From IMG/VR virus record IMGVR_UViG_3300042888_001738, positions 1 to 64,000 of that record: a stretch of DNA of 64,000 nt, one strand, 5' to 3'. Source of the DNA: a virus. Below the pieces are notes generated by a model. It worked only from the letters and a program-made list of their open reading frames with translations. It had not been told where the DNA came from and did no database searches. This document shows positions 19,090 through 28,604 of this stretch, one piece after another. Position 1 is the first letter of the stretch; every line of letters starts with the position of its first letter. The position numbers and the translations under genes are program-made.

Positions 19090-19968
19090 ATGGAAGAAAA
19101 ATATCTTGTTTGGCACATTGAGGGTGGTTTAGGAAAAAATGTTGCATCAACTTCATTATTAAAATCTTTAAGTGAAAAATATAATGATCGTAAGATAATT
19201 GTCGTAGCTTCTTATCCTGATATTTTTCTTAACAATCCTTACATTTATAGAGTCTATAGAGTTAATAACACACAATATTTTTATGATGATTTTATAAAAA
19301 ATAAAGATACTTTAGTATTCAGACACGAACCATATTTTGAATCCAATCATATTCATAAAAGAAAACATCTAATTGATAATTGGTGTACCCTTATGGATTT
19401 AGATTATGAAAATCAAATTCCACTGATATCTTTGAATTTAGTCCAACAAAGAAATTTATTTAAGTGGCAAAGAGAAAAGCCAACTTTAATTTTACAAACA
19501 AACGGAGGACCTTTCACTAGTGACGTGGTTTACTCTTGGACAAGGGACATTCCTTTTGATATCTCTTTAAAAATATGGGAAAAATTCAAAGACGAATATC
19601 ATATAATACAAATTTGTAAACCAAACTCAAGAAAACTACCTGATGTAGAAGTTGTTGATTATGAATTATCAAACATTGATTTATTCTCTATGTTGGCGAT
19701 AAGTGAAAAAAGAATTTTAATTGACTCTTGTTTACAACATGCCGCGGCAGGACTATCCCTCCCTTCTTCGGTATTATGGATTGGTACGTCACCAAAGGTA
19801 TTTGGTTACACCTTACATAATAACTTTACCGCAGAAATACCAAGACAACAAACAAAACACCCAAATTCTTATTTATTTGATTACTCATTAGATGGTGTTC
19901 CTTTTGAATGTCCTTATTACTCAATAGAAGAAATGTTTGACATTGATAAACTTTTAGAAAAAATTTAA
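19090..19968 (+). CDS. GT9-like (heptosyltransferase-fold) glycosyltransferase
   Basis: GGLGK loop, IFLNNPYI, and IDSCLQHAAAGL..PSSVLW, typical of GT9 C-termini. Confidence 0.7.
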   Translation: MEEKYLVWHIEGGLGKNVASTSLLKSLSEKYNDRKIIVVASYPDIFLNNPYIYRVYRVNNTQYFYDDFIKNKDTLVFRHEPYFESNHIHKRKHLIDNWCTLMDLDYENQIPLISLNLVQQRNLFKWQREKPTLILQTNGGPFTSDVVYSWTRDIPFDISLKIWEKFKDEYHIIQICKPNSRKLPDVEVVDYELSNIDLFSMLAISEKRILIDSCLQHAAAGLSLPSSVLWIGTSPKVFGYTLHNNFTAEIPRQQTKHPNSYLFDYSLDGVPFECPYYSIEEMFDIDKLLEKI

Positions 19969-19970
19969 TA

Positions 19971-20423
19971 ATGATTTATTGGTTTACTGGTCAACCTGGC
20001 GCAGGTAAGACCTCAATTGCTGAAGTACTAATTAACAAACTCCCAAAGAACACATTTCATGTTGACGGAGATGATTTGAGGGAGATCTTCAATAACAAAG
20101 ATTATAGTGAAACAGGAAGAAGAAAGAATATAGAACTTGCCCAACACATCACACATTTTTTACATAACAAAGGAACCAATGTTGTTGTAAGTTTAGTTTC
20201 ACCATATAGAAATCAAAGAGAAGAATTTAAACAAAAAATCGGTGACGATATTATTGAGATATATGTTCACACCGAAAATTTAAGAGGACGTGAAGATTTC
20301 CACGTTAAAAACTATGAGGAACCATTAGAGAACTTTTTAGATATGGATACCTCTGACGTTATAATAGAAACATGTGTTAATAAAATATTAGAATATGAAA
20401 AATTACATAGCCAAAGCAGATAA
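19971..20423 (+). CDS. cysC: adenylyl-sulfate (APS) kinase
   Basis: WFTGQPGAGKT P-loop, DGDDLR, R..NI, VSLVSPY and YEEP. Confidence 0.9.
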   Translation: MIYWFTGQPGAGKTSIAEVLINKLPKNTFHVDGDDLREIFNNKDYSETGRRKNIELAQHITHFLHNKGTNVVVSLVSPYRNQREEFKQKIGDDIIEIYVHTENLRGREDFHVKNYEEPLENFLDMDTSDVIIETCVNKILEYEKLHSQSR

Positions 20424-20793
20424 GAAAACCTCATCAACCGATCATCAATACTCAATGTTCGTAGGACGATGGCAACCACTTCACGAAGGGCATCAATGGT
20501 TATTTGGTCAAGCATTAGAAGAAGGTAAGAACGTTTTGATTTGTATTAGAGATGTCAAACCTGACGACAAAAATCCTTTTACCCCTGAAGAAGTTAAAAA
20601 AAATATTGAGGACCACTATGGTAACCTCATCACAGAAGAACGAGTTAAGGTTATTATTATTCCTGATATTGAGTCAATCAATTATGGTAGAGGTGTTGGT
20701 TATGATGTTATAGAACATGTTCCACCACAAAACATTCATGATATATCCGCAACCAAAGTTAGAGAACAAATGAAAAAGGAGGGTAAGATATGA
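20395..20793 (+). CDS. HxGH nucleotidyltransferase (cytidyltransferase-like; candidate minimal ATP sulfurylase)
   Basis: GRWQPLHEGH, NPF and ISATKVR motifs; overlaps cysC. Confidence 0.75.
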   Translation: MKNYIAKADKKTSSTDHQYSMFVGRWQPLHEGHQWLFGQALEEGKNVLICIRDVKPDDKNPFTPEEVKKNIEDHYGNLITEERVKVIIIPDIESINYGRGVGYDVIEHVPPQNIHDISATKVREQMKKEGKI

Positions 20794-21233
20794 AAGAAAA
20801 AATTAAAAAGTTTCAAATAAGATTTAACGTAAACTCCACATCTGAAAAAGACAGATGGAGATTAATAACGGATGGTGATGAACGACTTGTGTCTAATATC
20901 ATAATAGATGGTCATACCTACACTACTATGGATTGGATGGAAGAGATTGGTGAATATAAATGGCATGTGAGTTGTGAGGGTTACCTATCGGTTCAAAACG
21001 ATGTTGCGTATGTTGTCACGGTTAAAGAAGAATCTGTAATGACTCGTCACATTTTGAAGACAATTTCTTATCGGGTTTTAGGTACTTTGACTACCGTATT
21101 TACCGCATACTCTTTAGGTGTATCTCTTGAATTGTCGTCCTTATTAGGTGTTGGGGAACTTATGATCAAACCAACTCTATACTTCTTTCACGAAAGAGTA
21201 TGGTATAAGTACATACGTATTAAGAAAGATTAA
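20790..21233 (+). CDS. DUF2061-domain membrane protein with extra N-terminal domain
   Basis: C-terminal RHILKTISYRVLGTLTT...LYFFHERVW. Confidence 0.7.
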   Translation: MKEKIKKFQIRFNVNSTSEKDRWRLITDGDERLVSNIIIDGHTYTTMDWMEEIGEYKWHVSCEGYLSVQNDVAYVVTVKEESVMTRHILKTISYRVLGTLTTVFTAYSLGVSLELSSLLGVGELMIKPTLYFFHERVWYKYIRIKKD

Positions 21234-21235
21234 GT

Positions 21236-21610
21236 TTAATATTCGTTGTAGGATTTCTCTTCAACAAACCCTGATCCGTATTTAAGATTTATTTCTTTTT
21301 TAATTTTAGCACGAACATCATTTGTGTGATAAACCGATCTTGCTAGTTCAATAAACTCTTCATCAAATTGTTTGTCTCTTTCTTTATCCCTTATTTTATC
21401 TTCAATAACCCAAAGTTTTTTATTAACCTCAAGTAATTTAAGATAATCCTCATCATGGCTAATATTTAATTCGGAAAAAACAATTTCATGTAAATAAAGA
21501 TACTCTTTATTAATGTTTGATAATTTTTCAACATCGAATATGTTTTCTTTTTTAATTTGTAGTATGGATAGTTTATCTACTATCTCTCCGATTGATGATT
21601 CTATTTTCAT
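21236..21610 (-). CDS. DUF6165-like protein
   Basis: S.GEIVDKLSILQIK...VNKKLWVIED.IR...FIELARSVY.TND.RA.IK.EIN...EEKSY. Confidence 0.7.
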   Translation of the reverse strand: MKIESSIGEIVDKLSILQIKKENIFDVEKLSNINKEYLYLHEIVFSELNISHDEDYLKLLEVNKKLWVIEDKIRDKERDKQFDEEFIELARSVYHTNDVRAKIKKEINLKYGSGFVEEKSYNEY

Positions 21611-23910
21611 TGTAAAAGATTTTTTATTTCATTTATTACCATTTGAGGTGTTATTGATTTTTGACAAATGTGCTGTCTTTCAGTTCCTTTATATACGGGA
21701 CACCAATCCCAATCACCGGTGTCAAATACATGTACCGGATCGTTCCAACACTTAATACAAATATTGTTAGATACTCTTATAACATTAGATGTGAATTCAT
21801 GATCAATTTCACTAAATCCTGAGATCATGATAGTTTTTTTATTTAAAGCCCAATTAGCCCAAGAAAGTCCCGAACTTAAACCAACAAAAAATTCGGAATG
21901 ATATAGACAAGAAAAAACTTCATCCCAATCCGTACTTGTAATATTTATGGTACCATCAATTCTATATTCTTTAAGAGAAAGTATAACCACTGAGTATCCC
22001 ATCTCTTTGACCATTTTAGTTAACTCAACCCAATGATCGAAAGACCATTCCTTACAACCAGCAGTTGATTGTGGGCCAAATACAACATACTTAGAATTTG
22101 TTGGTCTTTCAGTTAGTTTGTGTTTTACACCATGATTTATCTCTTTATACTCTAAACCTAAAATATCGGTTGCGGTTTTTTGTAATGGTATTAAATTGGG
22201 TTGATTTGGATGTAAATTAAAATTTTTCCATCCACCGTTATCATCTCTAAACCAACCAAGTTTATATATAACATCACAATTAACTGACTCTCCTGGATTA
22301 ATAAACTCAATATCTTTATATGTTTCTAAACCTTTAAACCAATCATTACGGAAAGTACTGAGAATAACTTTACAATTTTTTTGTTTCATTAACTCAATTG
22401 CATAAGGTGCCCATGCGATCGTATCTCCGACAGACTTAGACTCAAAAGAAATCAAAACCTTTTTATTTTCAAGATTAAGTTGATCTATGATCTTTCCGTT
22501 AACTTTTATTGTCCAGGGCACATAATATTTTATGCCACATGTTGTCCACATATTATTGGTTATTGTGTCCGAATATTTTACCTTTCCATTATCATCAATA
22601 AACTCAACAAAGTAAGATGAATCAAAGTCACCAACGATCTCAACTTTAGGGCCTTCGAGGTATGAAACTTTAATTTGGTTTGTGTCTTTGGTTCTTGATA
22701 TAACTCCCGAATTAATTTTATCCGTAAACTCATCAATTTTTTCTTTACCTATTAATGCGATTTTTTCCCAAGAAAATTCATTTCTTAGTTCTTCACTTTC
22801 CTCAACTGATTTTTGTTTGTGTGAATTATAATTAGAATAGGCATCTCTCATAACACGAGATAAATCCTCAAAGTCTGGTTCGTAATAATTTCCCGGTAAA
22901 TCACTCATTGTATATCTACCATAATCATTTTCGTTAGCCGGTTTTTCACCAACTATTTTTACAGGTAAACCTTTTCCTTTGGCGAACTCCATTTGTGCTG
23001 AACATTCAGAATAGATTGATGGTGTACCACAAGCCATCGCTTCGATAAGTGGTAAATTCCACCCTTCAGATCTGGCACATGAAAGGAATACGTGACCCGT
23101 TTTTAGATATTTAATATAATCTTCTCTTGATGGGAAATGTATTATTTTAATTCTTGGGTCGGTTAAACCGTAGTTTAATAAACGTTCTTCGGTTGTTTTA
23201 AACCCGTCCATTTGTTCTCCCCACATATTATCGATAGATACGACCAAGTCAACTGGTTCATCTGGTGAAAATGTTTTAAGGAAAGTCTCAATAATTTCCT
23301 TTGTTGATTTTCTGTAATCCCAACGACCCATTAAAAGAAACTTAAACCTACCGTCTTTGTATTCATCAAGTTTTTCCACCGACTCAGGATAAAATGTATG
23401 AACATCAACCCCTTCAGGTACTACCTTAACTTTGTCGGGATCCGCACCTTGTTCTATTGTACATTCTCTTTGCCACTCACTCGGTACCCAAATTTCGTCA
23501 AACTCTAATAATTTTTTAAAAAAGTTTTCAGGTTGCCTTGTTGATTCCCATACGTTATACCCAATTTTAGGTCCAATATATTTGTCATAATATAAGTAAT
23601 GATTTGTCTCATTCAAAACTATATTAAAATCATGAAAAAATTCTTTTTCTTTTGATGGATAAATCTTGAAGTCACTCATTTTTCCATCCCCAACCCATAA
23701 CCTTTGTTGATATAAAATAGATTTATCTACATGATTGATATAAGGTTCGTTATCGTGAGGGGTATCGTTTAATCCAGTCCAAGATTCACCGATAGTAAAA
23801 TTTCTTACTTTAATTTGTGAATGTTTAGATAACTCTCTAAAAAAATCACGAGTGTGGTTATTGTAACCCGTGTTTCCGATATAAGACCCATGAACATAAA
23901 TTTTCGCCAT
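21607..23910 (-). CDS. fusion: GT4 glycosyltransferase + autotransporter (TibC/Aah-like) O-heptosyltransferase
   Basis: The N-half has a GT4 EX7E motif (SEGWNLPLIEAMACGTP). The C-half has SVGDTIAW, FFVGLSSGLSW.NWA, MISGFS and a 4-Cys cluster (CIKCWND..WCP..ICQKSI). Confidence 0.8.
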   Translation of the reverse strand: MAKIYVHGSYIGNTGYNNHTRDFFRELSKHSQIKVRNFTIGESWTGLNDTPHDNEPYINHVDKSILYQQRLWVGDGKMSDFKIYPSKEKEFFHDFNIVLNETNHYLYYDKYIGPKIGYNVWESTRQPENFFKKLLEFDEIWVPSEWQRECTIEQGADPDKVKVVPEGVDVHTFYPESVEKLDEYKDGRFKFLLMGRWDYRKSTKEIIETFLKTFSPDEPVDLVVSIDNMWGEQMDGFKTTEERLLNYGLTDPRIKIIHFPSREDYIKYLKTGHVFLSCARSEGWNLPLIEAMACGTPSIYSECSAQMEFAKGKGLPVKIVGEKPANENDYGRYTMSDLPGNYYEPDFEDLSRVMRDAYSNYNSHKQKSVEESEELRNEFSWEKIALIGKEKIDEFTDKINSGVISRTKDTNQIKVSYLEGPKVEIVGDFDSSYFVEFIDDNGKVKYSDTITNNMWTTCGIKYYVPWTIKVNGKIIDQLNLENKKVLISFESKSVGDTIAWAPYAIELMKQKNCKVILSTFRNDWFKGLETYKDIEFINPGESVNCDVIYKLGWFRDDNGGWKNFNLHPNQPNLIPLQKTATDILGLEYKEINHGVKHKLTERPTNSKYVVFGPQSTAGCKEWSFDHWVELTKMVKEMGYSVVILSLKEYRIDGTINITSTDWDEVFSCLYHSEFFVGLSSGLSWANWALNKKTIMISGFSEIDHEFTSNVIRVSNNICIKCWNDPVHVFDTGDWDWCPVYKGTERQHICQKSITPQMVINEIKNLLQ

Positions 23911-23925
23911 ATTGTTTTCTTTTTA

Positions 23926-23955
23926 TTGAAATATAGGGAACGTTGTATATATTTG
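23926..23955 (+). promoter_or_regulatory. Bacteroidota-type housekeeping promoter (TTG-N19-TAnnTTTG)
   Basis: TTG at 23926-28 and TATATTTG at 23948-55, upstream of the ATG at 23975. Confidence 0.5.
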
Positions 23956-23974
23956 AAATAGTAACTATTAAATA

Positions 23975-24985
23975 ATGAAATCAATTTTAATCCTCGATGC
24001 TTTTATTACCGATGAAGCTGACGAAAATTTATTAATCAACTTTATCGATAACATAAAAAGTCTTGGTGATGATGTATTATTAATGTCAAATACGACAATA
24101 TCAAAAAAAGTCCAAGATAAAGTTAATTATTTATTTTATGACAAACGAAATCAATTATTTACTAAAAAATACGACAACTATAAAGAGCTAAATTATTATA
24201 CAGTTCACGATTCATTCAAAGTGTCTAATTTTTTCCCTCATCCACAACCTCACGGTCTCTCAGTTTTAATTAGTTTATTTCGATCAGTTAAAATTGCAAA
24301 AGATTTGGGTTATACTCATTTCTATAAAATGGAATACGATGCAATTTTAGGTGAAGAAACTAAGAAAAAGATATTAGAGATGAATAAATCTTGTGAGTTA
24401 AACAATAAAAAAGGAGTCTTTTTTACGGGTATTGGTGATAATCGAGTTGTCGAAGCCCACTATTTTTTTTGTGAAATTGATTTTTTCCTTGATAATTTTT
24501 GGTGTATTGGTAGTGAACAAGACTATATCGAATACTTAGAAAAAGAAATTGGAAATAATGATTTTTTAACTATGGAAGAATTTATGTATATTAATTTAAT
24601 GAAACTCAATACCAATGACGTATACATCAATACAGGTTTGACAGAAATATTTTTTGATACATATTTTAATTCAAAACACACTAAAGTTTATTATGATGAA
24701 AAGTACAATCAATGTTTTACAAAATTTTACCATGTAAAGGACGATCCAAGTAAAATAATAATATATAGTGTAAATAAAAAAAATAGTCCTGATTTTAGAA
24801 AAATTATTGTATTTCATAAACATGATAAACAATCCGTATTCAACCAATCTTTTGGTGGATACAATACTTGGTCATATCATGTGATGGATAATGACGTTGA
24901 AAAAATGATGGTTTATGATCAAGAAGATTCATTCCTATATGAAGAATACTTTAAGGATATTAAAAATATAATAGAATTTTATTAA
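23975..24985 (+). CDS. putative GT-A-like protein (paralogue A)
   Basis: Rossmann-like start; AKDLGY...MEYDA (ExD) is shared with the next gene. Confidence 0.5.
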   Translation: MKSILILDAFITDEADENLLINFIDNIKSLGDDVLLMSNTTISKKVQDKVNYLFYDKRNQLFTKKYDNYKELNYYTVHDSFKVSNFFPHPQPHGLSVLISLFRSVKIAKDLGYTHFYKMEYDAILGEETKKKILEMNKSCELNNKKGVFFTGIGDNRVVEAHYFFCEIDFFLDNFWCIGSEQDYIEYLEKEIGNNDFLTMEEFMYINLMKLNTNDVYINTGLTEIFFDTYFNSKHTKVYYDEKYNQCFTKFYHVKDDPSKIIIYSVNKKNSPDFRKIIVFHKHDKQSVFNQSFGGYNTWSYHVMDNDVEKMMVYDQEDSFLYEEYFKDIKNIIEFY

Positions 24986-24989
24986 AAAG

Positions 24990-25997
24990 ATGAATAAAGA
25001 TTTAATATGTATCACCGCGCATTGCCCTAATGAAGAAAAAAGAAGGGTGTTACATAATTTAGTATTATCCCTACAATCAATTAGAAAAGATTTTGATTTA
25101 ATGGTCATCAGTCATACACCCGTTACATTTGACGTACAAGAAAACGTTGACTGGGTTGTGTTTGATAGAGACAACGAATTACTAACTGATTGGAAATATC
25201 AAAATCAACCTTGGTTTTCACCTCACGAAGGTAAACACATACAATCAGTATTTTTTGGTGTAGGTAATACTTACCTTACATTACATAAACAGCTAATCAC
25301 CGGTTATGGTCACGCAAAAACATTTGGTTATAACAAGGTCCACTTTATAGAATACGACGCATATTTTAGTGATCATACAGAATTTTATGATAACTCAAGA
25401 ATTCTTGATGAATATGATGCGGTGATGTACACTAAAAAAGATGCCTTGTTTGAAATAAATCTTCAGTTCGGAATCGGCAATTTTCATTCTGTGAAGATAT
25501 CAACATTATCTGATAAGGCGTTTTACTTCAACCGTGAAATGATATTGAATGAGTTGGAAGAAAGTTCAGAAAAAACTACGGAGAAACGAACTCAAGATCT
25601 TTATGGTGAAAACGGTAATAAAATCTTTTTTAAAGATCATAACGTAATCACTAAGAACGGAAACATATTAAGAATTGTGGATTTCCATAAGGGTGAATTT
25701 GAAATGCAGTGGGCTGTTCCATTTTACGATCAGACTACGGATAATATTGATTTCATTGTTTGGAATGATTCTTCAGATAAACCATGTAATATTGTGGTCA
25801 TTCTGAATGACGATAAAATTATAAAGTTCTCTAATTTAGAAAAATTTAATTGGTCAATTAGTTCATTAGGAAAACCTAATGATGTGAAAAATATTAAAAT
25901 CATAATTAATGACAAATTAAAAAACAATATTACATTAGATGAAAGTAATATTGAGATGTTTAAAAAAACGAATTTCGTAAAATATGGTAAATCATAG
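24990..25997 (+). CDS. putative GT-A-like protein (paralogue B)
   Basis: VQENVDWVVFDRDNEL and AKTFGY...IEYDA match the preceding ORF. Confidence 0.5.
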   Translation: MNKDLICITAHCPNEEKRRVLHNLVLSLQSIRKDFDLMVISHTPVTFDVQENVDWVVFDRDNELLTDWKYQNQPWFSPHEGKHIQSVFFGVGNTYLTLHKQLITGYGHAKTFGYNKVHFIEYDAYFSDHTEFYDNSRILDEYDAVMYTKKDALFEINLQFGIGNFHSVKISTLSDKAFYFNREMILNELEESSEKTTEKRTQDLYGENGNKIFFKDHNVITKNGNILRIVDFHKGEFEMQWAVPFYDQTTDNIDFIVWNDSSDKPCNIVVILNDDKIIKFSNLEKFNWSISSLGKPNDVKNIKIIINDKLKNNITLDESNIEMFKKTNFVKYGKS

Positions 25998-25999
25998 AA

Positions 26000-26968
26000 A
26001 TGATGATTAATGTATTAAACGTAGAACATAACGGTAATATATACTTCTCAGCTAATGAGGAAGTGGATAACGTGACTTTCAAAGTCATGGATAGGAAATT
26101 TGATTCCGAAATTTATATTAAACATTATGAGAAATTAATTAATGGTGTCACTTATTATATTAACATTAGTAGTGTAGTTTTACCGTTTTTAAAGGATTCG
26201 TACCTTATTATCCTACATGATGATAAATCATATAATGTTGATATAAAATTTCCTGAAGGTGACTTAGGTAATTTTTCACTTATTGGTAATACTTGTTTGG
26301 CTTGGAGAACTTATGAAAGATTCAATTTACCATACAATTCACCAACGATAGGTAATTTAATTTTGGACGACGAAGAATATGTTCGTTTTTGTGAACATAT
26401 TAATAGTTATTTGGATGTTGAAATGGTTTTCGGTGAAAGTAAGGGTAATGTTAATTTTAAAAATAATTGTGGTAATGTTAGGGTTATAAATCCCAACGCT
26501 CACATACCTTTAGATTATCCTATTAGTCATCATTTAGATGTTGAAATACATTGGATACACACAAAGTCTAAGGAATTGATTTTTAAAAATGGTGTTTATC
26601 ATTTTAAAGATTTGAGTGATCGAACACCTCTTGAGGATTATAAAAATAAATGGGAACGAAGATCACAAAGATCCAAGAATAAAGAAAAAATATTTTTATG
26701 GTCGGCGTCTGAAATGTTTAACATTCATGGAAATTGGAAAAGAAAACAATTAATTGATAGGTTTAAAAGTTTACCCCATAGAAGTATTTTTTTAACTGAG
26801 AGACCCGAAGAAGAATTTGAGGACGAGAATCATATTGTAAAATTCATTCCTGAATGGAGAGACAACAACCAATTCCAACGAGATTCGTCAGGAGGTATTT
26901 TATGGAATAATCAAGAAGATAATTCTGAAATCACGTATAATATAATTCAAGAAAAATTTTTAAAATAG
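26000..26968 (+). CDS. DUF1919-like polysaccharide-biosynthesis protein
   Basis: FSLIGNTC...Y..FNLPYNSPTIG...YP....DVEIHW.H...KWERR..R. Confidence 0.65.
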   Translation: MMINVLNVEHNGNIYFSANEEVDNVTFKVMDRKFDSEIYIKHYEKLINGVTYYINISSVVLPFLKDSYLIILHDDKSYNVDIKFPEGDLGNFSLIGNTCLAWRTYERFNLPYNSPTIGNLILDDEEYVRFCEHINSYLDVEMVFGESKGNVNFKNNCGNVRVINPNAHIPLDYPISHHLDVEIHWIHTKSKELIFKNGVYHFKDLSDRTPLEDYKNKWERRSQRSKNKEKIFLWSASEMFNIHGNWKRKQLIDRFKSLPHRSIFLTERPEEEFEDENHIVKFIPEWRDNNQFQRDSSGGILWNNQEDNSEITYNIIQEKFLK

Positions 26969-26969
26969 T

Positions 26970-28604
26970 ATGGATAATAAAGTTTGTTACGTTTGTTGTT
27001 GTTATTTAGGAGACAGAAGATCCGCAATTGAATATTATAATGAGGACAAGTCAGTTTACGTCAAAGAACAAATTAAATCTCTTAACGAATTTAATCATGA
27101 TTTAAGTAAGATAATTTTTATTTTCAACTTGGACCCTGAACATATTGAATTATTCGAAATCGTTAAAAAAGAAATACCAAAGAAAATCCAAAACGCTGAT
27201 GTTGAAATTATTGTTAGAGAAAATTACGGTATGTCTTATGCAGCATTTAACGAGGTCTATGAAAAATATAGGAGAGACTTTGATTACTACATTTTTAATG
27301 AAGACGATTATTACTTCAACATACAAAATTTCGACGAGTACTTAGTTACTAAATTTAACTCCTATAATAATATAGGTTATTTGGCGGCATTAGCGGTAAA
27401 CCCCGCATGGGATTTCCAACATACATTAACACATGCTGGTAATAGTGTTGGTATTACATCGTCTAAAGTGCTTGAAGAACTGTATCAAAAATTTGGTTGT
27501 TTACCCCATTCTAAACACAGAAAAGGACATGAAGCTTCATTCTATAGTTTGAATGAGTTAGAAGGTCAAGTCGCACAGACACATGAGATATTTAAAATGG
27601 GTTATAATATATTCGACATTAGAGACGACTATTCTTGTCCACATGATATGGGGAATAAATTAAAGAGTAAAATACCCAATTTTGATCATTTTGTGGATCA
27701 CTTCTTTACTTGGAACAAACCTTTGATTTTACCGGCATCCATGAGATTTGATTTACCAACTTGGCATGTATACGTCACCGATCCACAATTTCAAAGAAAA
27801 CGATCATGTTTAGTAACCAGTTTTTATTTTGGTGACCGAAGACGAACAGTTGATGAATTTTACGAGGACAGAATTTTTTTCATGAGAAAACAAATCGAAA
27901 CTCTCGAAACCTATTCACATAATTTAAGTAAAATTATATTTTCAATTAATGTTGAAACCGATCATTATAATTATGTGAATGAAGCTTTAAAAATAATCCC
28001 TAAAAAAATTCAAAACACTCCGGTTGAAGTCATCATCAGGGAAAACAAAGGGTTTAGTTATAGTGCTTTTTCTAACGCATTTGAAAAAAACCGAAATGAC
28101 TACGATTATTTTATTTTTAATGAAGACGATTACTTCTTAGTTGAGAATAATTGGGATGAATATTTGTTCAGAAAATACCACAGTCTACCTGACACAGGTT
28201 ATTTATGTGCAATAATGAGAGACGAAGATGAATGGAATGACTATAAGATACACGCAGGACACACTTTTGGTATCGCGTCTACTTCAGTTTTAAATAAAAT
28301 TTGGGATAAATACGGATGTTTACCTAATTCTTATGAATTAGATTACGACACCCAACAAAAAGTTCAGGTAGATTTTTCACATTCCTTTATTGAAATTGGG
28401 TTGCGGGTTTACGACATCCGAGAAGATTATAGAGTTTCATTCGCAATGACCGGAAAAGATGATCAAGATATATGGAGATGGTTCTGGTGGAATGAGAAGG
28501 ATTTAATTGTTCCCGCAATAATTTTATTAAATAAACCTTACACTTGGTATGAGTCTTACGATGGACCATGTCAAAGAAAAACTAATTTAGAAAAATATGA
28601 ATAA
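26970..28604 (+). CDS. tandem-duplicated GT-A-like glycosyltransferase
   Basis: Two homologous halves, each with Y.GDRR, REN.G.SY.AF, YxIFNEDDY, HAG and K.GCLP. Confidence 0.65.
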   Translation: MDNKVCYVCCCYLGDRRSAIEYYNEDKSVYVKEQIKSLNEFNHDLSKIIFIFNLDPEHIELFEIVKKEIPKKIQNADVEIIVRENYGMSYAAFNEVYEKYRRDFDYYIFNEDDYYFNIQNFDEYLVTKFNSYNNIGYLAALAVNPAWDFQHTLTHAGNSVGITSSKVLEELYQKFGCLPHSKHRKGHEASFYSLNELEGQVAQTHEIFKMGYNIFDIRDDYSCPHDMGNKLKSKIPNFDHFVDHFFTWNKPLILPASMRFDLPTWHVYVTDPQFQRKRSCLVTSFYFGDRRRTVDEFYEDRIFFMRKQIETLETYSHNLSKIIFSINVETDHYNYVNEALKIIPKKIQNTPVEVIIRENKGFSYSAFSNAFEKNRNDYDYFIFNEDDYFLVENNWDEYLFRKYHSLPDTGYLCAIMRDEDEWNDYKIHAGHTFGIASTSVLNKIWDKYGCLPNSYELDYDTQQKVQVDFSHSFIEIGLRVYDIREDYRVSFAMTGKDDQDIWRWFWWNEKDLIVPAIILLNKPYTWYESYDGPCQRKTNLEKYE

